Counted from the first letter of the stretch, positions 38,592-55,142 are shown. The stretch: 60,666 nt of DNA from Candidatus Dorea gallistercoris (GCA_019114065.1 DXGF01000023.1:1-60666); one strand, 5' to 3'. The notes: generated by a model from the letters alone, not told the origin. Made by a program: numbers and translations.

Positions 38592-39830
38592 CTATGCAAA
38601 AAGTGGATATTTCTCTGTAAGAGCCTTCACCATGCCCTGTACCTTCTCCACATTCTCCTCACTTTGGATGACAAGAGAGATCCCCTCCGCGATCACATCC
38701 ATATCTTCCTCTTTCATTCCCCTTGTCGTCACAGCCGGTGTCCCCAGTCTCACTCCGCTGGTGACAAAGGGAGACCGCTTCTCATTGGGGATCGTATTCT
38801 TATTACAGGTGATACCGGCCGCGTCCAGCCGCCTCTCCAGTTCTTTTCCGGTCACCTCTTCCCGGCTTAAGTCTATCAGCATCAGATGGTTGTCCGTGCC
38901 GCCGGACACGATCTGCGCTCCCCTTTTCAGCAGCCCCTCGCACAGCGCCTGGGCGTTTCTTAAGATCTGCTTCTGGTATTCTTTGAATTCCGGCTTTAAC
39001 GCCTCCTGAAAGCAGACCGCCTTTCCGGCGATCACATGCTCCAAAGGTCCTCCCTGGATCCCCGGAAATACAGCCTTGTCAAAATTAAACTTCCTGGCGC
39101 TCTCCTCACTTGCCAGGATCATTCCTCCTCTCGGGCCGCGCAGAGTCTTGTGGGTTGTCGTGGTCACCACATCCGCGTAAGGGATCGGGCTTGGATGGAG
39201 TCCCGCCGCCACCAGTCCCGCAATATGCGCCATATCCACCATCAGATAAGCGCCCGCTTCATCCGCGATCTCACGGAACTTCTGAAAATCGATCATCCTT
39301 GCGTAGGCGCTTGCCCCAGCAATGATCATCCTGGGCCTCTCCTTCAGAGCAGTCTCTCTGACCTGAGCATAATCCAGAAATCCTCTCTCATCCACTCCGT
39401 AAAACGAAGTCTGGAAGTATTTCCCGGAAATATTGACTGGAGAGCCATGGGTCAGATGCCCGCCCTGATCCAGATTCATTCCAAGGATCTTGTCTCCCGG
39501 GTCCAGCATGGCAAAGAAGACAGCCAGATTCGCCTGGGCGCCGGAGTGGGGCTGTACATTCGCATAGCCGCACCCAAACAATCGTTTCGCCCGCTCTCTT
39601 GCCAGATCCTCGGTCACATCCACACACTGGCATCCGCCATAATACCTCTTTTCCGGATACCCTTCTGCGTATTTATTGGTGAGCACACTCCCCATGGCCG
39701 CCATCACCGCTTTACTTACCCAGTTTTCGGAAGCGATCAGCTCGATATGGGAGTTTTGTCTCTCAAATTCCGCCCGGATCGCGTCCGCCACCTCCGGGTC
39801 CGTCTTCCTGATCGTATCTAACTCGTACAT
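38592..39830 (-). CDS. glyA: serine hydroxymethyltransferase
   Basis: [35 protein letters not shown]. Confidence 0.98.
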   Translation of the reverse strand: MYELDTIRKTDPEVADAIRAEFERQNSHIELIASENWVSKAVMAAMGSVLTNKYAEGYPEKRYYGGCQCVDVTEDLARERAKRLFGCGYANVQPHSGAQANLAVFFAMLDPGDKILGMNLDQGGHLTHGSPVNISGKYFQTSFYGVDERGFLDYAQVRETALKERPRMIIAGASAYARMIDFQKFREIADEAGAYLMVDMAHIAGLVAAGLHPSPIPYADVVTTTTHKTLRGPRGGMILASEESARKFNFDKAVFPGIQGGPLEHVIAGKAVCFQEALKPEFKEYQKQILRNAQALCEGLLKRGAQIVSGGTDNHLMLIDLSREEVTGKELERRLDAAGITCNKNTIPNEKRSPFVTSGVRLGTPAVTTRGMKEEDMDVIAEGISLVIQSEENVEKVQGMVKALTEKYPLFA

Positions 39831-39959
39831 TGTGTCCACCTCCTGATTGCTTAAGAAACACGCTCCGCCAGACGTACACGAAGAAAGGACAGCACGCCTG
39901 CCGGCTGCTGTCCTGTTCTGCATTCTCACACAGCGTTTCGTGCAACTGTTATTATAGCA

Positions 39960-41216
39960 CTACTGCGCGCTCGTTCCAAGTGTAACTTCTACCGTCTGCT
40001 CTTCATAGCTTCCGCCATCCGCCGGAACCTGGACTGTCAATTCTACCGTCGTCCCCGCCGCGTAATACTGCAGCTGCTCCTGAAGAGTCGCCATACTGTC
40101 GATGGTGGTCCCGTTCAGTCCGGTGATCACAGTCCCCTGTTTCAGACCCGCATCCTGGGCGCCGCCCCCATCGATCACGCCGGCGATGTAGACGCCTTCC
40201 GGCATATTGTACATCTGGGCGCTGTCCGCGGTAACATCAACACCTTCAATCCCAAGGTAACCCTGATCCTCTTCCGCGACTTTCTCTTTCGTATCCTGGT
40301 TCATCAGATCCGTGATGACATCGCTGACCTCAGAAACCGGGATGGCATAGCCCATACCCTCTATCTCTGTACTGGAAGCTTTCGCTGTATTGATCCCAAT
40401 GACCTCTCCGCTTGCGTTCAGGAGCGCTCCGCCGCTGTTTCCAGGATTGATGGCCGCATCCGTCTGGAGAAGGCCGATATCAAATCCTTCCAACTCTCTT
40501 CCTGTCGCCGAGATGATCCCGGTAGTCACCGACTGCCCATAGCCCAGCGCGTTTCCGATCGCGATCGCCTGTTCTCCGACCTGGACCTTGCTGGAATCTC
40601 CCATCTGAGCCACCGCGATGGCGTCCATGGTAGTATCCTTGATGTCATTTAAATCTGCCGCGATCACAGCAAGGTCTTTAGAGGAATCTGTCCCTTTGAT
40701 GTTTGCCCCTACACTTTCTCCATCCGCAAACGTCACGGTCAGTGTATCACTTCCCTCCACCACATGGTTGTTGGTCACCATCAAAAGCTCGGAATCTGTC
40801 TGCGCGATGATGATCCCGGATCCGGCGCTGGTACTCTCCTGCTCCTGGATTCCGCCAAAGAAATTCTGCACCTGCTGGACACTCATATTCGTGATGGAGA
40901 CCACCGACGGCATGGCGTTCTGCGCGATCTCAGCCACGTTGGACTCCGTGGTTCCCGCGGAACTGGTCGTCAGCTGGGCGCTCTCCACCGTCTTCCCGCC
41001 GGAAGAATGGCTTCCTGTTGTTCCCAGGATCCTGCCAGCCACAATATTGCTGGTCTGGAACGCCGCGCTGGCCACCAGTCCGAAGATCAGACCCAGGCAC
41101 GCCACCTTCAGCCACCTCGGAGTCCCCTTTTTCTTTTTGTCAGGTTTCTTCTCAGGCTCATGATAATTCTGGGGGTCACCCTGGTTCTGTGTGTAATACG
41201 TATACTGGTTATCCAT
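39960..41216 (-). CDS. htrA: HtrA-family serine protease with PDZ domain
   Basis: TM anchor, TNNHVV, DLAVI, QTDAAINPGNSGG, C-terminal PDZ. Confidence 0.95.
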   Translation of the reverse strand: MDNQYTYYTQNQGDPQNYHEPEKKPDKKKKGTPRWLKVACLGLIFGLVASAAFQTSNIVAGRILGTTGSHSSGGKTVESAQLTTSSAGTTESNVAEIAQNAMPSVVSITNMSVQQVQNFFGGIQEQESTSAGSGIIIAQTDSELLMVTNNHVVEGSDTLTVTFADGESVGANIKGTDSSKDLAVIAADLNDIKDTTMDAIAVAQMGDSSKVQVGEQAIAIGNALGYGQSVTTGIISATGRELEGFDIGLLQTDAAINPGNSGGALLNASGEVIGINTAKASSTEIEGMGYAIPVSEVSDVITDLMNQDTKEKVAEEDQGYLGIEGVDVTADSAQMYNMPEGVYIAGVIDGGGAQDAGLKQGTVITGLNGTTIDSMATLQEQLQYYAAGTTVELTVQVPADGGSYEEQTVEVTLGTSAQ

Positions 41217-41280
41217 AAACTCTATCTCCCTTCCTAATCCGTCGTTCTGAAACGGTTGCTCTTTCTTGTTTACATAGAGT

Positions 41281-41324
41281 AGTTTACCTTTCAATTGTGT
41301 TCAAATTGTGATAAAACCATGACA
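41281..41324 (-). promoter_or_regulatory. htrA promoter with 11-bp-period direct repeats (OmpR/CssR-like)
   Basis: TGTCATGGTTT-TATCACAATTT-GAACACAATTG upstream of TAAACT. Confidence 0.45.
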
Positions 41325-41356
41325 AAACGATTAAATCAGATTGTTGGTCATCGCTC

Positions 41357-41689
41357 CTAAAACACCACCTGGATCAGAAACATATAGAGCACCGTCCCCG
41401 CTCCGATGCTCAGAAGATTGTTCCGCTTCCACACATGGAGGGCCGCCGTCACCATTACCGCCGCTGCTTCCGGGATCCCGTGAGGCGCCTGCCGCACCGG
41501 CGTCTCCCTCAGACAGTAGACCACCAGGAGTCCGATGACCGCCGGAGTCAGCACTCTTCCCAGATACCGGATCACCGGCGGGACCTCCTTCCCCTTTGGA
41601 AAGATCAGGAACGGGACCACTCTGGTCCCAAACGTGGTAAGGGCCACGACAAAGATGATCAGAAGAGACATTCCCGCGCTTATCGGCAT
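41357..41689 (-). CDS. azlD: AzlD branched-chain amino acid exporter subunit
   Basis: TRVVPF...YLG..L.PAVIG.LVVYC...LLSIGAGT. Confidence 0.9.
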   Translation of the reverse strand: MPISAGMSLLIIFVVALTTFGTRVVPFLIFPKGKEVPPVIRYLGRVLTPAVIGLLVVYCLRETPVRQAPHGIPEAAAVMVTAALHVWKRNNLLSIGAGTVLYMFLIQVVF

Positions 41690-42384
41690 AGAGCATCCAC
41701 CTGCCTTTCCAGTCTGGTCCTGCTAAGGAACAGGAGCAGCACGATCAGGAGCATAGAAGGCAGGACAAATCCATCCGTGCCGAAAATCTGCAGACAGACA
41801 AAAGCCGACGCCACCCCGATCATCTCTGGAATCCGGTTCTTTCTCTCCAGCCACTGCTCGACAAAGATCACAACGAACAATGCCGTCATCGCAAAATCAA
41901 TGCCTTCTGAATTGATCGGGAGCATCGCCCCCGCCAGACCTCCGATCGCCGATCCCATGACCCAGTAGGACTGGTTCATGATCGAGATCGCGAACAAAAA
42001 CTTATCTTCCTCCACTCCTTCCGGCACCTTTGTCGTACACAGAAGAGAGTAGGTCTCATCCGTCAGGCCAAAGATCATATACCAACGCTTCCCGCCCATG
42101 CTGTGGAATTTCTCAAGTAGGGAAATCCCGTAGAAAATATGGCGGACATTGACCATCAGCGTGAGAAAAAAGACCTGGAGCAGCGACACTCCAGGCACGA
42201 AGAAATTCACCGCCAGGTATTGGCCCGATCCCGCATAGACCAGAACACTCATCAAGATTGCCCACAGAAAGGAATATCCCTTTTCCGCAAACATTACACC
42301 AAAGGCGATCCCGATGAACAAATACCCGGTCAGAACCGGTATGGTATAGGGAAACGCCTTTCGAAACGCCTGTTTATACCCCAT
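41680..42384 (-). CDS. azlC: AzlC branched-chain amino acid exporter subunit
   Basis: YAGSGQ, VNVRHIFYG, LTDETY, GIDFAMTALF. Confidence 0.93.
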   Translation of the reverse strand: MGYKQAFRKAFPYTIPVLTGYLFIGIAFGVMFAEKGYSFLWAILMSVLVYAGSGQYLAVNFFVPGVSLLQVFFLTLMVNVRHIFYGISLLEKFHSMGGKRWYMIFGLTDETYSLLCTTKVPEGVEEDKFLFAISIMNQSYWVMGSAIGGLAGAMLPINSEGIDFAMTALFVVIFVEQWLERKNRIPEMIGVASAFVCLQIFGTDGFVLPSMLLIVLLLFLSRTRLERQVDALCR

Positions 42385-42502
42385 TGCTATCCTTCCTCTC
42401 ATCCATATATTACGATCAGAAAATATCTGCGGGCGCGCGCCGTCCTGCCCACTGCCGAAAAAAGGATCAGACCCTTCACAGGACCTGATCCTCTGCTACT
42501 TC

Positions 42503-43147
42503 TCATTCATTTTCGGTGGAATCTTCCAACGCGTTTTGCAGATCTGTAAGCGCTTCTCTGAGCAACGCATCGGAACGCAACGCCTTCTGATACTCTTCCT
42601 CCATCTGAGCCAGCAGATTCCTCACATCTTCATGTTCAGCCACCGTCTGTATATAATCCTTCGTATCCTCATCCAGATCCTCCGTCAGGATCCGGCAGTC
42701 TCCACTGTCTCTTTCCTTTTCTATATACAGCGTTTCCAGTCCCGGAACCTTTGTATAGATATCTCTGATCTTCATGCCATATCTGACAAACGCCACATAT
42801 GTATCTTTGTACATTCCATCTTTCACATAGACCTGGATGTCTTCATAAGTCTCTGCGAAATCCTCTTTCTCCTTTAACTCCGCATAGTAGTTCTTTATAG
42901 CAGCACTGATCTTGGATGTCTCCTCTTCCTGGCGCAATGGATTCAGCACCATGCTCTCCCTCCCAGGAACCTTAAGTCTGACAGCCGCGATACTGCCTGT
43001 CCTTTGTATCTTCTGCGCTTTCTCTTCGGTCAGACAAAAACCTGCCGCCCCGACTGCCAACACAAGGATCACAAAAACCGCGGTCACGTGGCGTCTCCGG
43101 ATCCTGCCCCTCCGGCGCATACGGCAGTCTTCCTGTCTTTTCTTCAT
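42503..43147 (-). CDS. membrane-anchored hypothetical protein
   Basis: GGAGG RBS, basic N-terminus plus TM, extracellular alpha/beta domain. Confidence 0.75.
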   Translation of the reverse strand: MKKRQEDCRMRRRGRIRRRHVTAVFVILVLAVGAAGFCLTEEKAQKIQRTGSIAAVRLKVPGRESMVLNPLRQEEETSKISAAIKNYYAELKEKEDFAETYEDIQVYVKDGMYKDTYVAFVRYGMKIRDIYTKVPGLETLYIEKERDSGDCRILTEDLDEDTKDYIQTVAEHEDVRNLLAQMEEEYQKALRSDALLREALTDLQNALEDSTENE

Positions 43148-43184
43148 AAAGACTACCTCCGATACTATGCACTTTTTAAAGGTA

Positions 43185-43256
43185 CACACCCGGGCGGATT
43201 CGAACCGCCGCTCCCGCCTCCGGAGGGCGGTGCTCTATCCCCTGAGCTACGGGTGC
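43185..43256 (-). tRNA. tRNA-Arg(CCG)
   Basis: Cloverleaf GCACCCG/CGGGTGT, D-arm GCTC/GAGC, anticodon arm CCGCC-CT-CCG-GA-GGCGG, T-loop TTCGAAT; CCA not encoded. Confidence 0.96.
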
Positions 43257-43346
43257 GTATGGCGGCTTTTTAAAACCGCCTTAGTTATACTACCACAAAA
43301 TCATCATAAAGTAAAGAAAATACTGTCGAGATTTTTTGTTACTTTT

Positions 43347-44234
43347 CTACTGTGCCGATTCCCAGCAAATCTCTTTTTTCTCCCGGTCATAATAATACAC
43401 ATGGTCTCCCAGCACTTCCTCCGGGTCTACCACCGCCTCGTTGATCTCTGCGATCATCTGGTTCATCTGTTCTACCTCCGGCGCGCAGGACTCCGGCAGG
43501 ATCAGCATCTCGTGGACACTGCTGGGCAGGACATAGTAATTCTCTCCCAGCAACTGTCCGACCGCCTCGAGCTGTCCCTCATAGAGCACCGCCGCTGCCC
43601 CGTATTTCTTTATCTGATTTGTCAGCACACACAGCTTCAGTTCATTTTCTCTCCACAGGACCATTGTCAGCTCCTCGATCAGCGCCCTCATTGTCTGGAA
43701 GTCCACTGGAAGGATCTTCCAGGTGTTCTCACATGCCTGACGATACACCTCCTCCTTCTCTATGCCCCACTCTCTTAGCTGCTCTTTTCGGATCAGCATC
43801 GTGGCAATCCCGTGAGGATCGATCTCCAGGATGACCGCAAATACAATGGCGAGATCCAGATAAGGAACATAGGGAATCTCCTTTAACAATTCCTGATTTC
43901 TTTTCCGGCTGATCAGCCGATAGACGATCTTGTCCCTCACATCCTGATAAATTCTCAGCCTCTCGCCTCTCCATGGGGTCTGGAAGCGCAGTTCCCCATA
44001 AAGCTTCAGGATATCAGCCGTGATGCTTTCCAGAGAGATTCCCCGCCGGAACTGTTGATAATACTCTTCCAGATAGATCGTTGGCGAGACATTGATCCCT
44101 TTCTCCTCAATCGTGATCCCTTTTCTCCAGACTCCATTATTCTTCTGTGCCGTATGGACGCGGACGGCGTGGTTTCCTTTCACGCATCCCCTCACCCGTT
44201 CTTCTACCGCCTGTACAAACTGATGATAAGTCAT
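43347..44234 (-). CDS. DUF5688-like protein
   Basis: KNNG, SPTIYL, LDLAI, LTN...YGAA, YVLPSSVHE, VYYYD pattern. Confidence 0.8.
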   Translation of the reverse strand: MTYHQFVQAVEERVRGCVKGNHAVRVHTAQKNNGVWRKGITIEEKGINVSPTIYLEEYYQQFRRGISLESITADILKLYGELRFQTPWRGERLRIYQDVRDKIVYRLISRKRNQELLKEIPYVPYLDLAIVFAVILEIDPHGIATMLIRKEQLREWGIEKEEVYRQACENTWKILPVDFQTMRALIEELTMVLWRENELKLCVLTNQIKKYGAAAVLYEGQLEAVGQLLGENYYVLPSSVHEMLILPESCAPEVEQMNQMIAEINEAVVDPEEVLGDHVYYYDREKKEICWESAQ

Positions 44235-44347
44235 AAATCTCCTTTCTGATAGGCGGGCCGCGTTTTATTTTCTTGGAAATATGACAGGAAGTCTGCCAAA
44301 GATACATGCATTAATAGAAACAAGAATATTATGGTAGTTCTGATTAT

Positions 44348-44380
44348 AAAAAAGCCTTGCGTAAAATGCAAGGCTTTTTT
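44348..44380 (-). terminator. efp terminator
   Basis: AAAAAAGCCTTGC/GCAAGGCTTTTTT. Confidence 0.85.
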
Positions 44381-44394
44381 GAAATTTCGCGTGA

Positions 44395-44952
44395 TCATAC
44401 CCTGGACAGATATTCTCCGGTACGAGTATCGATCTTGATCTTGTCATTCTGCTCAACAAACAGAGGAACCATCACCTGGGCTCCTGTTTCCACGATCGCG
44501 GGCTTGGTCGCTCCCTGGGCCGTATCTCCCTTGAATCCCGGTTCTGTCTCTGTGATCACCAGCTCCACATTGAGCGGCGGCTCAATGGCAAATACACTTC
44601 CCTGATAAGAACTGACTTTGACATTCTCATTCTCTTTCACAAACTTCAGAGAATCTCCCACCGTCTCCGCGTTGACCGCGATCTGATCAAAGGTCTCTGT
44701 GTCCATGAAGTAATACAGATCCCCATCATTATAGAGATACTGCATCTCCTTCCGGTCGATGTGCGCGTTCTCAAATTTTTCCGTAGGACGGAAGGTCTTC
44801 TCAACCACGCCGCCGTTGATGATGTTCTTCAGTTTTGTCCGCACAAACGCCGCGCCCTTCCCCGGTTTTACATGCTGAAATTCCAGGATCTGATATACCG
44901 TTCCCTCGATCTCCACGGTAAGACCATTTTTAAAATCACCTGCTGATACCAT
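44395..44952 (-). CDS. efp: elongation factor P
   Basis: [28 protein letters not shown]. Confidence 0.98.
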   Translation of the reverse strand: MVSAGDFKNGLTVEIEGTVYQILEFQHVKPGKGAAFVRTKLKNIINGGVVEKTFRPTEKFENAHIDRKEMQYLYNDGDLYYFMDTETFDQIAVNAETVGDSLKFVKENENVKVSSYQGSVFAIEPPLNVELVITETEPGFKGDTAQGATKPAIVETGAQVMVPLFVEQNDKIKIDTRTGEYLSRV

Positions 44953-45036
44953 TATAATCCTCCTTAACCGTGCGGGATATCGCACATTTTACGTTCTTAC
45001 TCACTCTTTTCATTCTATAATAGATTCCGCCTTTTT

Positions 45037-45552
45037 TCAACCTTTTTTTCCCTTGCCCAGGCTTTTCTCATAGGATCGCAGGACAAGCCGTTCCAGAAAC
45101 CGTTTCAGCACGATCTGGATCTCTTCCTTCGGGTGGATTGGTTTTACCAGGATATTGGGGATCCCGGCCCGCTTCGCTCCCCACACGTCAGTAAAGAGCT
45201 GATCTCCGACAAAGACCGTGTTTCCCGTATCCGTTCCCATAAGCTCCATGGCCTTCCGGTAATTTTTCACAGAAGGTTTGTGTGCATTGCAGATATAGTC
45301 CACCTGGATCTTCTGGTTGAACATCCTGACTCTCGGCTCCTGGTTGTTCGAGATCAGACAGCAGCGAAATCCGATCTCCTTAAGCCTGGCGAACAGCTTT
45401 ACTGCCCGCTCATCCGCCGGAGCCCCATGTGGGACCAGAGTGTTGTCAATGTCGAAGATCACTCCCCGGAATCCTTCTTTATAGAGTTTCTCAAAATCAA
45501 TGACATATGTGGAGACCATATATCGGTCAGGGAAAAATCTCTCGAACATCAC
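45037..45552 (-). CDS. YqeG-family HAD IIIA phosphatase
   Basis: FDIDNTL, ISNN, KP, VGDQLFTD. Confidence 0.92.
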   Translation of the reverse strand: MMFERFFPDRYMVSTYVIDFEKLYKEGFRGVIFDIDNTLVPHGAPADERAVKLFARLKEIGFRCCLISNNQEPRVRMFNQKIQVDYICNAHKPSVKNYRKAMELMGTDTGNTVFVGDQLFTDVWGAKRAGIPNILVKPIHPKEEIQIVLKRFLERLVLRSYEKSLGKGKKG

Positions 45553-46334
45553 TCACCATCCATTTCCATCAGACGCCGCACCAATTCTTCGCAGACCTGG
45601 AGCACCGTTTTATGATCTGTGTTTATTACGATATCCGCCGCCGCTTCATATCTCTCCCGCCGCTCTTCCATCAGCCGGGAGATCTCCTGCACACCCTTTC
45701 TTCCTTCCAGGAGAGGCCGCTCGTCATTGTCCTTCACCCGCTCAAAGATCACCTCCGGACTTGCGGTCAGAAGGACCACTCTTCCGTTCTTCTTCATCTC
45801 CTCCACATTCCGGCTGCGCAGGGCTGCGCCGCCGCCGCAGGAGATGATCGTGTTCTTCCGGCTCTCAAGCTCCTGGAGCAGTTCTGTCTCAAGCTTCCGG
45901 AAATACTCTTCCCCATAGGTCTCAAAAATATCCGTGATGCTCATTTCCTCCCGCTCCGCGATCACCCGGTCCATCTCCACGATATCCATGGCGAACATGG
46001 TGCGCAGATAATCTGACACGGTGGATTTCCCCGCGCCCATGAAACCGATCAGCACAATATTATAATCAAACAGCTTCCTGGCCTGTACCCGTTTGCTGTT
46101 CTCCAAAATACAGCGGAAAATATCATAGATTTCCTCTTTGTACTTATTATCTGTCAATTTCTCCTCCAGCCGTTGTTTCTGCTTTTTCTCCTGCTGGGGC
46201 TGCAGGATCGGCAGCCCATATTCTTCCTTGTAGGACATGATCTTTTCGACAATGGCGCCCCGTTCCACCAGCGCGTCGATGATCTTGTCATCACAGAGTG
46301 CAAGCTGTTCTCTGTACATCTCCAAATCGTTCAT
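45549..46334 (-). CDS. aroK: AroQ chorismate mutase-like domain fused to shikimate kinase
   Basis: N-terminal LE.YR..L...D..I...L.ER.......YK helical domain; C-terminal GFMGAGKST, GEEYFR, SCGGG, RPLL, R...YE. Confidence 0.88.
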   Translation of the reverse strand: MNDLEMYREQLALCDDKIIDALVERGAIVEKIMSYKEEYGLPILQPQQEKKQKQRLEEKLTDNKYKEEIYDIFRCILENSKRVQARKLFDYNIVLIGFMGAGKSTVSDYLRTMFAMDIVEMDRVIAEREEMSITDIFETYGEEYFRKLETELLQELESRKNTIISCGGGAALRSRNVEEMKKNGRVVLLTASPEVIFERVKDNDERPLLEGRKGVQEISRLMEERRERYEAAADIVINTDHKTVLQVCEELVRRLMEMDGE

Positions 46335-46376
46335 ATTCTTCTCCCTCTTCCTAATCTTACTCTTCCAGCCGCCGGA

Positions 46377-47066
46377 TCACTGCGCGCTCTCATCCAGCGC
46401 TTCTTGGATGTCGGCTCGGAACTGCTCCCAGGCATCCTCATGCTCCACAAAGTATTTCGGGCAGTTCTTCCCGGTCACATCATGATGGCGGATCACATCC
46501 TCCGGACCTAAGTCAAATTTGAGACAGAGCCAAGCGCACAGCTGTACCATAGACCGGTAAGTCGACCAGTTAAATTCCCCGCTCTCATCGGGATGACAGC
46601 ACTCGATGGATATGGTATCATGGTTCCGGTCATTGGAAGCATAGGCCACTTCCCAGGTAGGCACACACTGGATGATCTCTCCTTCCAAGCCCACAATAAA
46701 ATTACTGCTGCTCTTGGCGGCATGGCTGTCCTTAAGCCCCTCAAAATAATTCCGGTTCTCCATTGCCGTCGCCCCCGGATTCGCCGTATAATGGACCACA
46801 ATCCCGGTGATCCGGTCCGTCTCTGTCCCCGGCCTGGAATAGGGATTCACCGTCAGAAGCTCCACGTCTATCTCCGGTTTTGAGGCGTCGATGTGTCCTC
46901 CTGTCAGTTCAAAATATCCCCGCCTGAGCCATTCCGGGTCCGCAATCTTGAGCACTCCCGCGATCAAGAGTACAGCGGCCAGGATCAGGACTCCTATCCG
47001 GATGTTTCTCTTCAGTGTTCTTCTCTCCTGTGCTGTTCTGATACACCTGTGATCTGTCTTCTTCAT
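46377..47066 (-). CDS. membrane-anchored N-acetylmuramoyl-L-alanine amidase (Amidase_2)
   Basis: TM, VVHYT, SIEC, IRHHDVTGKNCP. Confidence 0.9.
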   Translation of the reverse strand: MKKTDHRCIRTAQERRTLKRNIRIGVLILAAVLLIAGVLKIADPEWLRRGYFELTGGHIDASKPEIDVELLTVNPYSRPGTETDRITGIVVHYTANPGATAMENRNYFEGLKDSHAAKSSSNFIVGLEGEIIQCVPTWEVAYASNDRNHDTISIECCHPDESGEFNWSTYRSMVQLCAWLCLKFDLGPEDVIRHHDVTGKNCPKYFVEHEDAWEQFRADIQEALDESAQ

Positions 47067-47158
47067 CTGTACATTCTCTCCGTCCACTTATCTGGAACCA
47101 TTCTAACACAAATTCTCTTTCCTAAATATGAAGAGTTGCTTAAGATTCTGTAAGGTTT

Positions 47159-48187
47159 TCATGACGAGAACCGATAGATCGTAGAAGATTCATAGACCTC
47201 CCCTTCTCGCGCCAGCGGTGTCTCAAAGGCTGACTGGTTCACAGAATCCGGGAAATACTGGGTCTCAAAGCAGGCGCCGCCGCGCTTTTCATAGACTGCC
47301 CCATTCTTTCCCCTCTCTCCTTCCACGTAGTTGGCTGTATAGAACTGCATACCCGGCAGGTCCGTGCAGACTTCCATGGTTATCCCCGTAGCTGGCGCGT
47401 GCATCAAAGCGGCTTTGCGCATTCCTGTCCCGTCCAGCACATAGTTGTGGTCGTAGCCCCCAGCCAGCTTCAGGTCTTCGTAATCTTCCCCGATCTCGCT
47501 TCCGATCTTCTTTTTCCTTCGGAAATCCATAGGAGTGCCCTCCACAGGGACGATCTCACCTGTCGGGATCGACTGCCCGTCTGTACGGGTATAAGCCTGG
47601 GCCAGAATCTGGACTTCCTGGTCTTCCACCGTTCCACTGTCGTGTCCCGCCAGATTAAAATAGCTGTGGTTGGTCAGGTTCAGGATTGTATCCGCCTGAG
47701 CCTTTCCCAAATATCGGATCTGCAGTTCATTTTCTTCCGTCAATGAATATGTCACCTGGAGCCTGACCGCTCCCGGGAACCCCTGGTCCCCGTCCGGGCT
47801 GAAAAGCGCGAACACCACTTTCTGCTCCTGGGCCTCCAGCGTCTCCCACTTTCTCTGGTTCGTAAAATCCCGGCCCCCATGGAGTGTATTTCCATGGTCA
47901 TTTGCCGTCAGTCTGTAAGTCTTCCCGTTAAGCTGAAAATGAGCCTGTCCGATCCGATTGGCCACTCTTCCGATCACACCGCCGAAGAAGAGCGTCCCCC
48001 TCTCATAATCCCGGGCGCTGTCATATCCCAGCACCACATCCACAGGCCTCCCTTTGTTGTCCGGCACAGATATGCGGACGACAGACGCTCCGTAGTCACT
48101 GACCAGGACTTCCATCCCCGTTCCATTTCTCATCCGGTAAAGCCCGCATTCTTCTCCTTTGTCTGTTACACCAAACGACTCTTTCAT
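47159..48187 (-). CDS. galM: aldose 1-epimerase
   Basis: GRVANRI, LHGG, NLTNHSYFNL, GYDHN, CFETQ. Confidence 0.95.
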   Translation of the reverse strand: MKESFGVTDKGEECGLYRMRNGTGMEVLVSDYGASVVRISVPDNKGRPVDVVLGYDSARDYERGTLFFGGVIGRVANRIGQAHFQLNGKTYRLTANDHGNTLHGGRDFTNQRKWETLEAQEQKVVFALFSPDGDQGFPGAVRLQVTYSLTEENELQIRYLGKAQADTILNLTNHSYFNLAGHDSGTVEDQEVQILAQAYTRTDGQSIPTGEIVPVEGTPMDFRRKKKIGSEIGEDYEDLKLAGGYDHNYVLDGTGMRKAALMHAPATGITMEVCTDLPGMQFYTANYVEGERGKNGAVYEKRGGACFETQYFPDSVNQSAFETPLAREGEVYESSTIYRFSS

Positions 48188-48204
48188 CGCCACTCCTCCT
48201 TTTC

Positions 48205-51297
<3,093 letters not shown>

Positions 51298-51349
51298 TCA
51301 GGCTGATCCAACTGTCCCTTCGGTCCCGTTTCTGATCGTGATCTTTGAT

Positions 51350-52831
<1,482 letters not shown>

Positions 52832-52880
52832 CTATAAATGCTATGATAACGAATTCCCTCTCTGTCTGTCAACCTCTTCT

Positions 52881-53372
52881 TTACCGGCGCACCACTTTCC
52901 GAGGTGTCAGGAGATAGAAACCTTCAATGATCGTTTCATTTGGCTCAAAAAGAATCTTCTTTGTCTGTCCCCGCTCAGCCACTACCAGCGCGTACACCTT
53001 TCCCTGTCCAGAACAGGAGGTATAGTCATAGGTTTTGGCTCTCTGGTACTGACGCAGCTCCACCGCGTCCACAGGAGCCAGAAGCTCCAGGTCATTCACG
53101 CTCATGGAGAAAAGCCTCTTTCTTTTAGCCTTGTGCATGATCTTATCAATATCCAGGTCTCCATTTACATAAAGATACTCATACTCCACGTCCAGCCGCC
53201 GGAAGAAGATCACAGCCGCCACGATCACCGCCACCGGAAGAATGATCCCAAGAGGGAACAAAAAGACGATCAGGACTGACACGACCGCCGCCAGGATCAG
53301 AAGGATCTTCACACAGATATCCTTCATGGTTGTCTGCTTTTTGATCAGTTGCTCTGTATAATAATCACTCAT
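52881..53372 (-). CDS. two-TM membrane protein (DUF6106-like)
   Basis: VEYEY.YVNGDLDIDKI..K.KRK...FEPN pattern. Confidence 0.75.
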   Translation of the reverse strand: MSDYYTEQLIKKQTTMKDICVKILLILAAVVSVLIVFLFPLGIILPVAVIVAAVIFFRRLDVEYEYLYVNGDLDIDKIMHKAKRKRLFSMSVNDLELLAPVDAVELRQYQRAKTYDYTSCSGQGKVYALVVAERGQTKKILFEPNETIIEGFYLLTPRKVVRR

Positions 53373-53431
53373 CTTATTTCCTCCAAAACACAATATTGAT
53401 TGAAACCATTGTATCATATTTTGGCACAAAA

Positions 53432-53459
53432 AGAAAACTCCCCCGAAGGAGAGTTTTCT
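53432..53459 (-). terminator. groEL terminator
   Basis: AGAAAACTC/GAGTTTTCT stem with a following T-run. Confidence 0.8.
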
Positions 53460-53485
53460 AAAATCCATTTTCATCCCGGAACAGA

Positions 53486-55129
<1,644 letters not shown>

Positions 55130-55142
55130 CTATTTTGATTTT

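Noticed and set aside
42503-44234. Genomic island integrated at tRNA-Arg
   Set aside because: No integrase, no duplicated tRNA 3' end and no evident composition shift.
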